From assembly GCF_009914755.1 (NCBI RefSeq), contig NC_060938.1: a stretch of DNA of 64,000 nt; one strand, given 5' to 3'. Source of the DNA: the human T2T-CHM13v2.0 reference genome, Homo sapiens. Shown one piece after another: positions 47,257 through 58,200 of this stretch (position 1 is its first letter; every line of letters starts with the position of its first letter). The notes under the pieces are model-generated. The model saw nothing but the letters and a program-made list of their open reading frames with translations. It made no database searches and was not told the DNA's origin. The translations under genes were made by a program, and so were the position numbers.

Positions 47257-48320
47257 AACATTAAACTATTTTCAATGCAGGAAATAAATATTTCCCCAAA
47301 GAGGAATCCCCCCTCAATTACTTTCTTTCAGACTTAACAAATTGGAGTAGATGTGGTTTTGCTCATTCTTTTATCTGCTGGCAACTATTTTAAGTCTCCT
47401 GTGCAAGGCAGATTCCGATGACCTCGGGAAAGTCACAGGACCTCAGTTTCTTCAATGGTAAAAGCAAAGGCAGTGGTTTCTACCGTCCTTTCTCACTGCA
47501 CCATTCAGCGTCAGTGCCCTCATGAGAAACACACCCAAAGCCCAGTGTGCTCTACCCCAAAACTTGTGAAATTTCTAGAGTCTCAAAAAAGTGAATATGT
47601 TTAAGGCAGTATAATAAAAGCCAGGTGGACGACAGTTCCTAAAGTTAGGCTGGTAGTGGCGTGAACAGGGGTCTTTTGGGCCACCCTGAGACCCGCCCCA
47701 CGGGGCTTCTCGATCCACGTCTTGGCTTCTCGCTCCACTTTCACAGAACGTACTGAATCAGGGGCCTGCATCCCCGTGCCGTGCCGAGCCGACGGAGAAA
47801 TGGACTCCTCTTCTCGCTCCTGTGGAGTTTCGTCTTCTGGGTGAGTGTGGCACCGGGTCCTGGGCGGGTGATGTCTGTAGTTGGCGAGCGATCCTCAGCC
47901 AGAAAACTGGCTGCGCACACAGGCGCAGACACGCGAACATGTTCCTGCGAACGAGCTTGGGCGCATGTTTTCCTCCCTTGCTTTCTTTAATGCTCAGAGA
48001 CCATAAGGGGATTTATCGAGAAGCATTCGGTGCCCATGCCCGGTTTGGAACCGCGAGCACAATATCTGGTTCCTTTGCAGTACGGTGGTTTGCTCTTGAG
48101 TTACGACCAGAAACCGGAACAGAAGGAAAGGGAGAAGCAGGGGAGGTTCGGGGACGACGGCGCTCCGGGCAGTAAGGCAGTAGCTTCCAAAGCGTGGAGG
48201 ATGGGACTGAGGAGGAGCAGAATACGGAGAAAGAGGGAAGCTGAGGAAAAATACTCACGCCAATGGGTAAAAGGGAAAAGGTGAGAAGGAATGGAGTAGG
48301 GGAGGGAACCAATGGTGGGA
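47040..48320 (-). ncRNA. ARHGAP5-AS1: Divergent antisense lncRNA (boundaries approximate)
   Basis: Based on prior knowledge of the locus. Consistent with CpG-rich sequence extending leftward from the promoter and a minus-strand AATAAA (tttatt at 46977-46982). Not provable from sequence alone. Confidence 0.55.
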
Positions 48321-48356
48321 GAGGCGGAGGAAGAAGGGGGAGGGGTAGAAGCCAAT
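48260..48356 (+). promoter_or_regulatory. Three same-orientation CCAAT (NF-Y) boxes
   Basis: CCAATGG at 48260, 48309 and 48352 in NF-Y-like context (cgCCAATgg, aaCCAATgg, agCCAATgg). Confidence 0.7.
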
Positions 48357-48580
48357 GGGGGAGTGGAGGGGAGGGAGAAGCAGAGGGGAGGAGGGAGCGG
48401 GGACGCGAGCGAGGACGCGGCCCCGCGCGCTCGTCCCCCTCCCTCCGACTGGATAGCTCGCGCCTTCCCAGGCTCCCGGGAGACGAGGGCAGGGGCGGGG
48501 CCGTGCCGGGTGCGCGGCGCGGGAGGCGTCGCGAGGTGAAGGGGCGGGGACGGGGGATTGTGGGGAGGGCAGCGCGGGTT

Positions 48581-48596
48581 CGCGCGCGCGCGCGCG
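48581..48596. repeat. (CG)8 tract, potential Z-DNA
   Basis: cgcgcgcgcgcgcgcg. Confidence 0.9.
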
Positions 48597-48926
48597 TCCC
48601 GTCCAGGCTGCGCCGCCGCGCCGCCGCTCCGCCTCCGGTCGGGTGTGTGGCTGCGCGCGCCGGGAGAGATGCTGAGGTAAAGTTCGGGAGAGAGGGAGAG
48701 AAATCCGTCAGCGCGAGGGAGCCCGAGTGGCCGCCATTACTGAGCCCGGCGCGGCGGCGGGCGCTGGGGAAGGGGGGAGGGACGGGCCGCCGCTGGTGGC
48801 GGGGAGGGAGGGAGGGAGGGTGGGTGAGCTGGCTGCGGGAGCCGTGGGGCTCAGGGTTTCGGGGCGTGTGTGTCGGGGAGGGCGGGGGGAGGTGGCTGAA
48901 GGGACGCGCCGCTCGGTGAGCGCGCC

Positions 48927-49058
48927 GAGGAAGAGAGGCGAGCGGAGAGTGGAGGAGGAGGCGGCGGCGGCGGGAGCGGTCCCCAGGAATGTCGCTGCCG
49001 CCGCCACCGCCGGGGCCGCTGCCGTTGAGGAGGAGACGGAGGAGACCGACGTTGTTAG
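48927..49058 (+). other. ARHGAP5: ARHGAP5 non-coding exon 1 (start approximate)
   Basis: GGA/GGC-rich leader inside the CpG island ending at donor TTAG|GTAGGA (49058/49059). The implied 13,066-bp intron agrees with my recollection of the gene model. The TSS cannot be determined from sequence alone. Confidence 0.8.
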
Positions 49059-51969
49059 GTAGGACCTTGCGGACCCCGCTCCTCCAAGCCTGCCTGCCCC
49101 CTCCCGGACGGGGACCCTCCTGCGGCTAGCTGCCCCGCTCGGTCGCCGCTGCCGGTTGTAACCAGTTGAAGGGGCTGGGGCCCCGCGGCCGCCGAGGGGA
49201 GCCTGGCGCTGCGCTCGGTTTTCGCAGGCCGGGCGGGCAGCAGCTGCAGCGTTAGGGATACGTTCGGCGTGAAGGGCAGAGAGGCCGGGGGAGGGGGTGC
49301 TTTCTCCACAGGTGACGGGGCCAGGGTCGGCGGAGGCCTGATGCTGGCCGGGGATCGCCGGCCCCGCCAGGCGTCCGCTCTCGCCCGCCGCCTCACTTGC
49401 TCGAGTCTCGGGTGGTCCGTCGAGAGGGGAGGTGGCGGTGTCCGTTGGCCGGGTTGCTGCTGTTAACGAGTTCCACCTGGAAAGGGTACACGGGGCGGGT
49501 GCAGATTCGCGGAAACACAGTCTCGGTTGCAAACTTAAACGCCTTGTAGGGGGGATCGGCCCTTTCACTTTCCCTCATCTCCTCGACTCCTCCCTGGGTT
49601 CTCTTCACCAATTTTCCATCTGCTTTGAAGCTTGGAGTAAGATATGAGAAGTTGCACTGCGCATCCAGAGCCCAGAGTCCTATGGGCTGACTGCGACTGG
49701 GTTGAGGCTTTGATACTGAGTTTTCGCTAGAATAACCTCCAGATTCTTCCTCTCTTTCCACTAAAGAAAAGTATCGGGGTGGGGGTGGGGAGCCGCGCGG
49801 GAGCGCGCGCGCACTTATCCACACAGAAATACTCCCTCTCACCCTCCCTCTTCAGCGTTATTAGAAATGCAAGAGAGCTGGAGGCTCGGGGTGTAGCTGA
49901 GGTTGAAAGGTGCACGGAAGTAAGGGCAAACTGTTATTAGGCCGTTTAGTAAAATCCCGAAAAAGTTGTAGGGGAGACGCTTATACTTCTACCATGTGAT
50001 AGAAATTCGGATTTGGCCATCGCTTAATAAATGGGAATTCAAATATTTTGAGATAGAGCAAGATAGGCATATAGATGGGTTTGTGCTTACGTTTTAAGTT
50101 TAAATTCTTATCGATCATTTATTTTTTCCTTTGTGATAGGCAGGAAACTGAATTTTTTTTTAAATGTTCAGGTGTAAAACAGCAAAATGCTTCGCTGTAT
50201 TTACTAGTACTTGCTTATGTTGCTTTCTACAGGTAGGGGCGGGGGGCGAGTTTGTCAATTCCACTTAAATCCAGAACCAGTATTCAGTTAGAATGTTAGG
50301 TGGTGTTTATCCGCATGAAGGATCTCGTTCACTTCATGGGAGCTTGCTCTACATTTCCACTTAAAATGGTTCTCCTAACAAAAATTTCATCTAGATGCAG
50401 CGATTAGACATTTGGAATAATGTTTGGTTTAAAAATACGTTAATGAAACCTTTTGCTGTCAATTCTAGTTTATTTGTACTGTAATACGATAAAACGGTAT
50501 TCTTATTCAGTGTTTGTAGATAAGTATTACTAACCGTCTAGGTAACCTACTAGATAGTTTCTTGAGTAAGATTTTGCTTTCATTTTAAATTCCTTTCTCA
50601 TTTTTTGCTTTCATCTATCCTTTGTATACTAATTGACCTCCATTACCTTTATCTGTAGTACAAAGAGCGGTAAGTATGTGTCACCAAAAACTTGCAAAGA
50701 CACTGGAGCAATTTATGACTAAACGCACTGGAGTGAAAGGCTGCGCATACCTATGCTTGTAACTTTCAAGAAATAGCACTATTGATCTAATTGACTTAAA
50801 GCAGAATCAGACGGTACAGATGATTAAATAACTATTGATTTGGTTGTCTTGTGTAGGCTGTGTTTTTAAACCTAGATCAACATGTCTTATTTTGCCATTC
50901 TTTGTACATTAATTATTAAGAGTACTGGGGAGTGAGGTGGGTTACACTTTGATGTAAGAATTGCGGCAGAATTCTGTTATCTTTATGAGTTTTGTAGTGT
51001 CCCTCCCCATTTAAACGACCTTAGCAATTTTTAAAATGTGTTGCAAAATTATTACCTTAATTCTGTCACAAGATACTTATCCTAAATGTTTTGAAAACCG
51101 TCTCCCCTTCTTATTTGTGTTTGAAAAGCATATTAGCACAGTCATTTTTTTGGAGAGTTATTTTGACCTTGAAAGTTAAGATTATTTAAGGAATGAATAT
51201 TGTATTTGCATTCCTTTTTTGGATTTGAAGTAGCGATAATAAGTTTTCTAACTCACTTTTTTTAATTGAAGAAAAAGTTAGGTCTCATAAAGACTTTACT
51301 AAACTTTACCAACATTGGCAGGATGTAAGATGAGTGTTGGCCTTTAGTGGTCACTTCTTAAATATGAAATGGCATAATAGAGATTTTCTTGGTAGCTACA
51401 GAATAAGTTTTGTCGCAACTGTAGTTTCCATAGATACTATTTTAAGAACTATTTATTTGGGTTGTATGGTCCACAGTTTTTTCTTTGCATACCAAGAAGG
51501 TGTGTAGTAATATAATTGGCTGAAGAAGCATTGTACAGTGTTGTTTTAGTGATGTCTATGTTCCTAAAAGATACTTGTATTATATATTTAAAGTACACCA
51601 AGGGAATTTAATTTCTAAAAGACCTGTGAAGAAACATCAGTAGATTCATCATTCAGTAATTTGAGTAATCAGGCTCTTGTTTTAAGTGCAGGCTTTTGTC
51701 GATTATTTTATTGAAATAGGAAAAACCATATTAGAAATTAAGAAAAATGCTTCAATGCTAAGAATTTTAAGTATGAACTTTAATTGGTTTTCAAACTCTG
51801 TTCCTTGGATTCCTGTGGGTTTTTTTCCTAGATGCCTTGAGACTTCCTATGACAACCCACCCTCCCAAACCAGGACAGCTTCTATTTTCATGTATTAAGT
51901 GTATTGTATTTAAATATAAGAATATTTAACTTAATTAAATATAAGAAAAATATTTATTATTTAAATATA

Positions 51970-52090
51970 AGAAAAATAACTAATGGGTACTAGGCTTAAT
52001 ACCTGGGTAACAACAAACCCCCTTGACATGAGTTTACCTTTAAAACAAACCTGCACATCTACTCCTGAACTTCAAAGTTAAAAAAAAAAT
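51970..52090 (+). mobile_element. L1P 3'-end fragment with A tail
   Basis: aaaaataactaatgggtactaggcttaatacctgggt...acaaacctgcacat...ctgaactt. Confidence 0.85.
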
Positions 52091-52807
52091 TCCCCTTAAA
52101 AAAAAACAAAACTGATCTGCATTAATTTTTTTTAAGTCTCTGATTCGTTATTCATTAGTTCAGATTACTTTTATTTAGCACTTACTATGTGCCTAGCCCT
52201 GGAAATACCAAGATAAATTAGATATAGGTATAATAGCTCAAGCTGTATAAAGGAGTAAATAGTTAAAAGTATTAAGAGGTGCAGGAAAGAGAATGCCTGT
52301 TTTCCTCAGGACCTCTGGGAATCATTCATAGAAGAAGAAACATTTTGAGTTTTAATTGCAAGCAGGAGTTTAGATGTAAGAGAGACCAAAAAGGATAATT
52401 TTTTTTTTCCCCCCACTGTGTTTTGGAAGCTGTCTACAGTACTTTAGATTTGCAGGGAAATGAAACAGATTGTTGATGCTTGGTCATATCTGTGTTTTAC
52501 TTCATAGAATTATTACTTGGGAAAAAGAGCATAACCTTGTAATTTTGTGGTTAAAATGACTAGTATGTTACTTGCTTAGAGTCTCAAGCTTTTCATCATG
52601 AAGAGTTAATGGTAAAAATGGATATTCATTTTTCTAGTGTTAGATTAGATTTAGCCTATTTTATTATCCCTGACCAATATTTTATTGAGCAGCTAGGCAC
52701 TGAGTGATACAAAAAGTATAAAATATTGCTCCCTTAAAAGATCTTTTAACTTCTGTGGAGAGACAGCAAGCATGACACTTTAAGAATTTGAGGTATATTT
52801 AGGGAAG

Positions 52808-53206
<399 letters not shown>

Positions 53207-53521
53207 TCAGTTTTGTACCTTATGAGCCAGAGTGAAAGATTTGGAGAAGGTATTAATGCAAGAGTGATAGAAGGGGTGATGTAGAAATAAACACGTAACG
53301 TTGGCATAACTATTTGTCTAGTTACTGTATTTGGTTTGTCAAACAGCCTTGGAAAAACTCTCACCTTGGCTTCTGATATGGCATAATTTGTTCATTTTCT
53401 TTCTGTTGATCATGTTCTTTTACTGATTCAAAATTGTTTCTTTTTATACTTACCTTTTCAGAGCCAAGGTAATATCTCTTTTAGAGAACTAGTAAAAAAT
53501 TAACATTACTATAATCTAGAG

Positions 53522-53815
53522 CAGCGATCCTTTTTGGTACCAGGGACTGGTTTTGTAGAAGACAGTTTTTTCACGGAACCGGGGGCATGGTTTTGGGATG
53601 AAACTGTTCCCCCTCAGATCATCAGGCATTAATTAGTTAGATTCACAAAGGGAGCAAGCAACCTACAGTTCTTGATCCTCTGAGAATCTATCGCTGCTGT
53701 GGAGGCGGAGCTCAGGTGGTAATGCCCGCTTTCCAGGCCACCCCTCACCTCCTGCTGTGCAGCCCAGTTCCTAATAAGCCACAGATGGTTACCAGACCGG
53801 GGTTGGGGACCCCTG
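53522..53815. mobile_element. MER1B (hAT-Charlie)
   Basis: tttttggtaccagggactggttt...ggttggggacccctg; perfect 8-bp TSD atctagag. Confidence 0.88.
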
Positions 53816-54169
53816 ATCTAGAGAATTTAAGATCTAGATTTCTACTCTTCTGTATTAACCAAGTATCTAATTCTTCATATGTTTTCTTTAGAAAATAAGA
53901 GTATTACACCAAATGGTCTCATAGGTAATTTTCTGAAGTTTATGATGCTGAAATTTATGTTAATAATCCTGAACTTGCCTTGTTTCATTACCGAGGTTTC
54001 ATTTGTCTTTGGAAATAACACCTGAAAGTGAAATGAACCACCATCTATTGCTGAAACTGATTAGTTTTTCATTAAGAAACACTGGCTTAATGTGTTGCCT
54101 TGTATTTCTTATGTCTAGTAGCCAGTTACCAAGCTCTCTTTGTCTTGCATTGCTCTTTTATTGATTAAT

Positions 54170-54463
54170 TAATTAATTTTTTTTTTGAGATGGGGTCTTG
54201 CTCTGTCACCCAGGCTGGAGTGCAGTGGCACTCAGCTCACTGCAGTCCGCCTCCTGGGTTCAAGCTATTCTCCTGCCTCATCCTCCTGAGTAGCTGGGAT
54301 TACAGGCACACGCCATCACGCCTGGCTAATTTTTGTATTTTTAGTAGAGATGGGGTTTCACCATGTTGGTCGGGATGGTCTCGACCTCCTGACCTCAAGT
54401 GATCTGCTGGCCTCTGCCTCTCAAAGTGTTGAGATTACAGGCATGAGCCACTGCACCTGGCTG
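54170..54463 (-). mobile_element. AluS
   Basis: Alu body; TSD attgctctttta. Confidence 0.93.
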
Positions 54464-54795
54464 GATTGCTCTTTTAAATTCTGTGATAGTTCACGTGCAT
54501 TTAGCCTGTAGTATTTGTCTATCTCTTGGGCTCTGTGCCCAGTCTTGTATTCCTCCTCTAGACTAATCTGTAGTGGCTTCTCTATTGCTTATGACAAAGT
54601 CTAACTCTTGTTTTCCCTTGAGACCTAGGGTCATAACTTATATGTTCAAAACAGTATTTCTTTCCAACATGGGTACTGTGGTCAGCCATTCTACCCTAAT
54701 TGTACACCTGGAGAGACGACTTTACAATCCAAATCTCGTCTATTTTTTAAGGTTCACTCAAATCCTTCCTCTTCATTGAAACCATTCATCTGTTT

Positions 54796-55108
54796 CAGGG
54801 GTCTGCAAACTATGGCCTCTGGGCCAAATCTTGCCTACTCTCTATTTTTGTAAAATGGCTTTCTACATTTTGAAATGGTTGGGGGGCAAATTAAAAGAAT
54901 ATTTTGTGATATGTGAAAATTACATGAAATTCAAATTTTCCTAAGTAAAGTTTACTGTAACATAACCATGATCATTCATTTAAGTACAGTCTATGAGTGC
55001 TTTTGCAGTATGACAGCAGAGTTGAGTAGTGTGACAGACACTGTGCAGCATGCAAAGCCTAAAATATTTACTGCCTGGCCCTTTACAGAAAAAGTTTTCC
55101 AAACCCTG
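54796..55108. mobile_element. MER58B (hAT-Charlie)
   Basis: caggggtctgcaaactatggcc...gcctaaaatatttact...ccctttacagaaaaagttt...ccctg. Confidence 0.85.
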
Positions 55109-56419
55109 AGTTATTTCAACTTGTACTTTCATTTCTTTGAATTCCTGTTGCATTTATTAGTACCATGGTATAGCACATTGCCTTTATCTCCTTGGCTATG
55201 GTACTGTTTATTATTATGCTTTTTAATGTAGTGTGGAAAGTGCTTTTCAGTCTTTTTTTCCCTTAATCCATACTTCCTTTAAAGCTTACACCTCTTGTTG
55301 ATATTCTTATTCAATCAGGTGCTCTCATTTTAAAAATTGTTAAGCCGTATCTAAAGTTGTTTGTATGATGAAAATGACGGTTCCTCTACTATATGGCATT
55401 GTAATATTGCATATCAAATTATGCCCTTCTCCCCACTTCTTGGTTCTCCAAGGTGGAGAGAAAAGGACTCAGACACTGGAAGGAAGGTGAACTACCAAGC
55501 CATAGTTACTGGCTTGGTAGACTTTCCTATATGTACCTTTATACATTGAAAATCTCTGACAAAGTTAAACTGATAGTAGCTAAGCACAGTAAATAAATAC
55601 TTATAGTTGTTTACCTAGGTTGATGAACATGGGATGACCTTTGATCCTTCTGTTTCCCATACAGAAATGAAAGAATTTAGAATGACTTGCACACCAAGGC
55701 CTCAGGGAAATAACATGTTATCAGAGTAGGGTGTACATTAAATAATAGGGTAGAAGTTAATGTGTTTGGGAATAGTTTTGGTCATTGGTTTTTCACATAT
55801 TTTCAGCAGTGAAGTTTTTTTCAAACAAATTGAAATATCAGAAGATAAAAATGGTTAAAAGCAGAATTACCTTTGCTGCGTGGGTTTGCGGAGCTCCCAG
55901 AGTACTGCCTACTTGGACCCTCCTTGAAGTACTACACACCTTTAGACTTACTGTTTATATACCCCTATTGTGTGTTAATGATCACATTATAGTCCTGGGG
56001 AAAAAAACTGGACTTTTTATGTTAGTATATTTTGCTGTACTAGATGTAATGGGCCCAAAGCAGTACATAATTTTTGTTAATTGTGTTTACAAGTGTGACT
56101 TCAGGATTACCCAGCGGTTTGGAAGCTGATTATTCTTAGTCTGGAGATTGAGTCATTTATTCATGAAATATTTACTGAGCCCTCACTGTGTATCAGGCAC
56201 TGTTGCTGGAGATTTGATTCCAAAACAAAATCCCAATGCTTCTACGTTATTTAGTCACCACGTAAATTGTTCAAATTTTTAATAGGTTGGTTCTCTCTTC
56301 ATTTGCCTGATTATATTCTTGTTTCAAGACTAATTCATAGGAATAATGACTTTTTAGGGCTCATTTCACATACAAATTGTGTGCTTTCTGGTATAAACTG
56401 TGGTTCAAAGATGAAGTAT

Positions 56420-57090
56420 TATTTCGAGTCCAGGACTTTGAGACCACAACATAGTGAGACTCTCTACAAAAAAATTTAAAAATCACCTATGTGTGGTGGT
56501 GCACATCTGTAGTCGCAGCTGCTTAGAAGGCTGAGGAAGGAGGATCATTTGAGCCCAGGTGTTTGAGGCTGCAGTAAGCTATGATCCTGCCACTGTACTC
56601 TAGAATGGGTGACAGTGACACCCTATTTAAAAAAAAAGACAGATTATGGGATATGAGTTACTCTCCTACAGGTATTACATTGTTGAATTACTTAGCTATT
56701 TTATGTGTGTTAGAATGACTTTTTGATTTCTTCTCACTTTTCACAGCATTGATAAATTTACCAGAAATAGCAACATTAAGAAAAGGCAGGCTGGGAGGTG
56801 GCTCACGTCTGTAATACCCATACCTTGGGAGGCTGATGGAAGAGGATTGCTTGAGCCCAGGAGTTTGAGACCAGCCTGGGGAGCATAAGGAGAACCCCTC
56901 TCTACAAAAATAATTTTTAAATATTAGCTGGGTGTGGTGGTGCATGCCTAGAGTCCCAGCTAGACAGGAGGCTGAGATGAGAGGATCACCTGAGCGCAGG
57001 AGTTCGAGGCTGCAGTGAGCTATGATCATGCCACTGCATTCCAGCCTAGATGACAGATTAGGAGACCTATCTCAAAAACAAACAAAAAAC
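56420..57090 (+). mobile_element. Two AluJ elements (56420-56637 truncated; 56788-57090)
   Basis: aggatc...tgagcccagg, gaggctgcagtgagctatgatc. Confidence 0.9.
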
Positions 57091-57599
57091 AGTAAAGTAA
57101 TGCATCAGTACTACACTCTGTTCATCTTTTTGTTGTTGTTTTCTATTGCTGCTGAACAAATTATTCATCTTTTAGTGTGCAGTTGTTTTTTTATTCTTCA
57201 GCTGCTTGCAAAAAGTTTGCCTAAGATTGTAGAATATATGATAATCTTTGGGCTTTGTTCTTGTTTCTTTTGAATATTTGTTTACATAAGGGATAGTTAT
57301 TTGATTTAAAGAAGATAGAGCATGTAATTACAAAGTTCCCTCTGTGTGATTAGGTCTTGGAAATATAATTTCTTATCATAAATTTTGTGATTTTACTAAA
57401 GTCTTTAAACAGCCAAAAATTTTGAATTAACTATATTTGGGGTTGTACTCAACTTCACTTTTGAAAAAAAATTTTTTTAAGATGTCATAAAATTAGATTG
57501 TTATGCTGGCTAAGTACATTATTATAGATTGTAGTTAGCTTTCATTCTCATGGTTTCATTTTTGACTAAATATTTGAGTTTAAATTAGGATTTATGCAT

Positions 57600-58200
57600 T
57601 TAATTAGTAGCTGTTATGTGGGAGGCACTGTTGTAGGCTTTTGATATACTGGTGAAATAAAGATTTGTGCCTTGTGACTCTTTTATTAAGAGTGGGATGC
57701 GGAGAGGGATAGAGTTAATGACATAAATAAGGTGTATAGTAAGTTAGGAAGGTAAAGAGTTAGCAGTGGGGATCTTTGGGGATATTGTGAAAAGTTAAGT
57801 GCAAAGAACATGCCTTAGCATGTTGTCTTCCTCCAGTGTGATTGAAGCAGAATGAGAAAGGTAGAATAGTATTAGGGGAGGCCAGAGAGGTGAGAGAGGG
57901 TTGGAGAAGATCTTGTAAGCCATTGACAGGACTTGCTTTTTATTTTTAGCAGTACTCGAGAGTTTTAAACAAAAGAATGGGAAGCTCTGATTTATGTTTT
58001 AAAAGGAGCACTCTGGCTGCTCTGATATGAATAGACTGGGAAAAGGGAGCAGAAGTGAAGCAGAGGAGTTAGTTTAGAAGACTTTGGAGTAATCTTGGGC
58101 CAGAGATATTGATGGGTGAGAGCAGTAAAAGTAGAAAAAACTGAAAAGTTAAGGATATATTTTAAAGATAGGACCATTAGGAATTTCCTGACATGGTATA
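57600..58200. mobile_element. L2 fragment
   Basis: cttgtaagccattg...ggacttgcttttta, ctgatttatgttttaaaagga.cactctggctg, ggatatattttaaag...ggaatttcctga. Confidence 0.7.

Larger units (their letters stand above)
47680..49830. promoter_or_regulatory. CpG island / bidirectional promoter of ARHGAP5 and ARHGAP5-AS1
   Basis: Abrupt rise in GC and CpG content, GC boxes (GGGGCGGGG at ~48492 and 48541), CCAAT boxes, no interspersed repeats. Confidence 0.95.

Noticed and set aside
47741-48355. Short ORFs overlapping the ARHGAP5-AS1 region
   Set aside because: No recognisable domains and several lack a true ATG; a micropeptide cannot be supported from sequence alone
48951-48973. (GGA)3(GGC)4 in the 5'UTR as an expansion-type repeat
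   Set aside because: Too short; ordinary for CpG-island leaders
48263-49842. Long GC-rich ORFs (218, 286, 149, 113 aa)
   Set aside because: Low-complexity Arg/Gly/Ala/Pro frames expected from stop depletion in a CpG island; they cross the splice donor and resemble no protein I recognise
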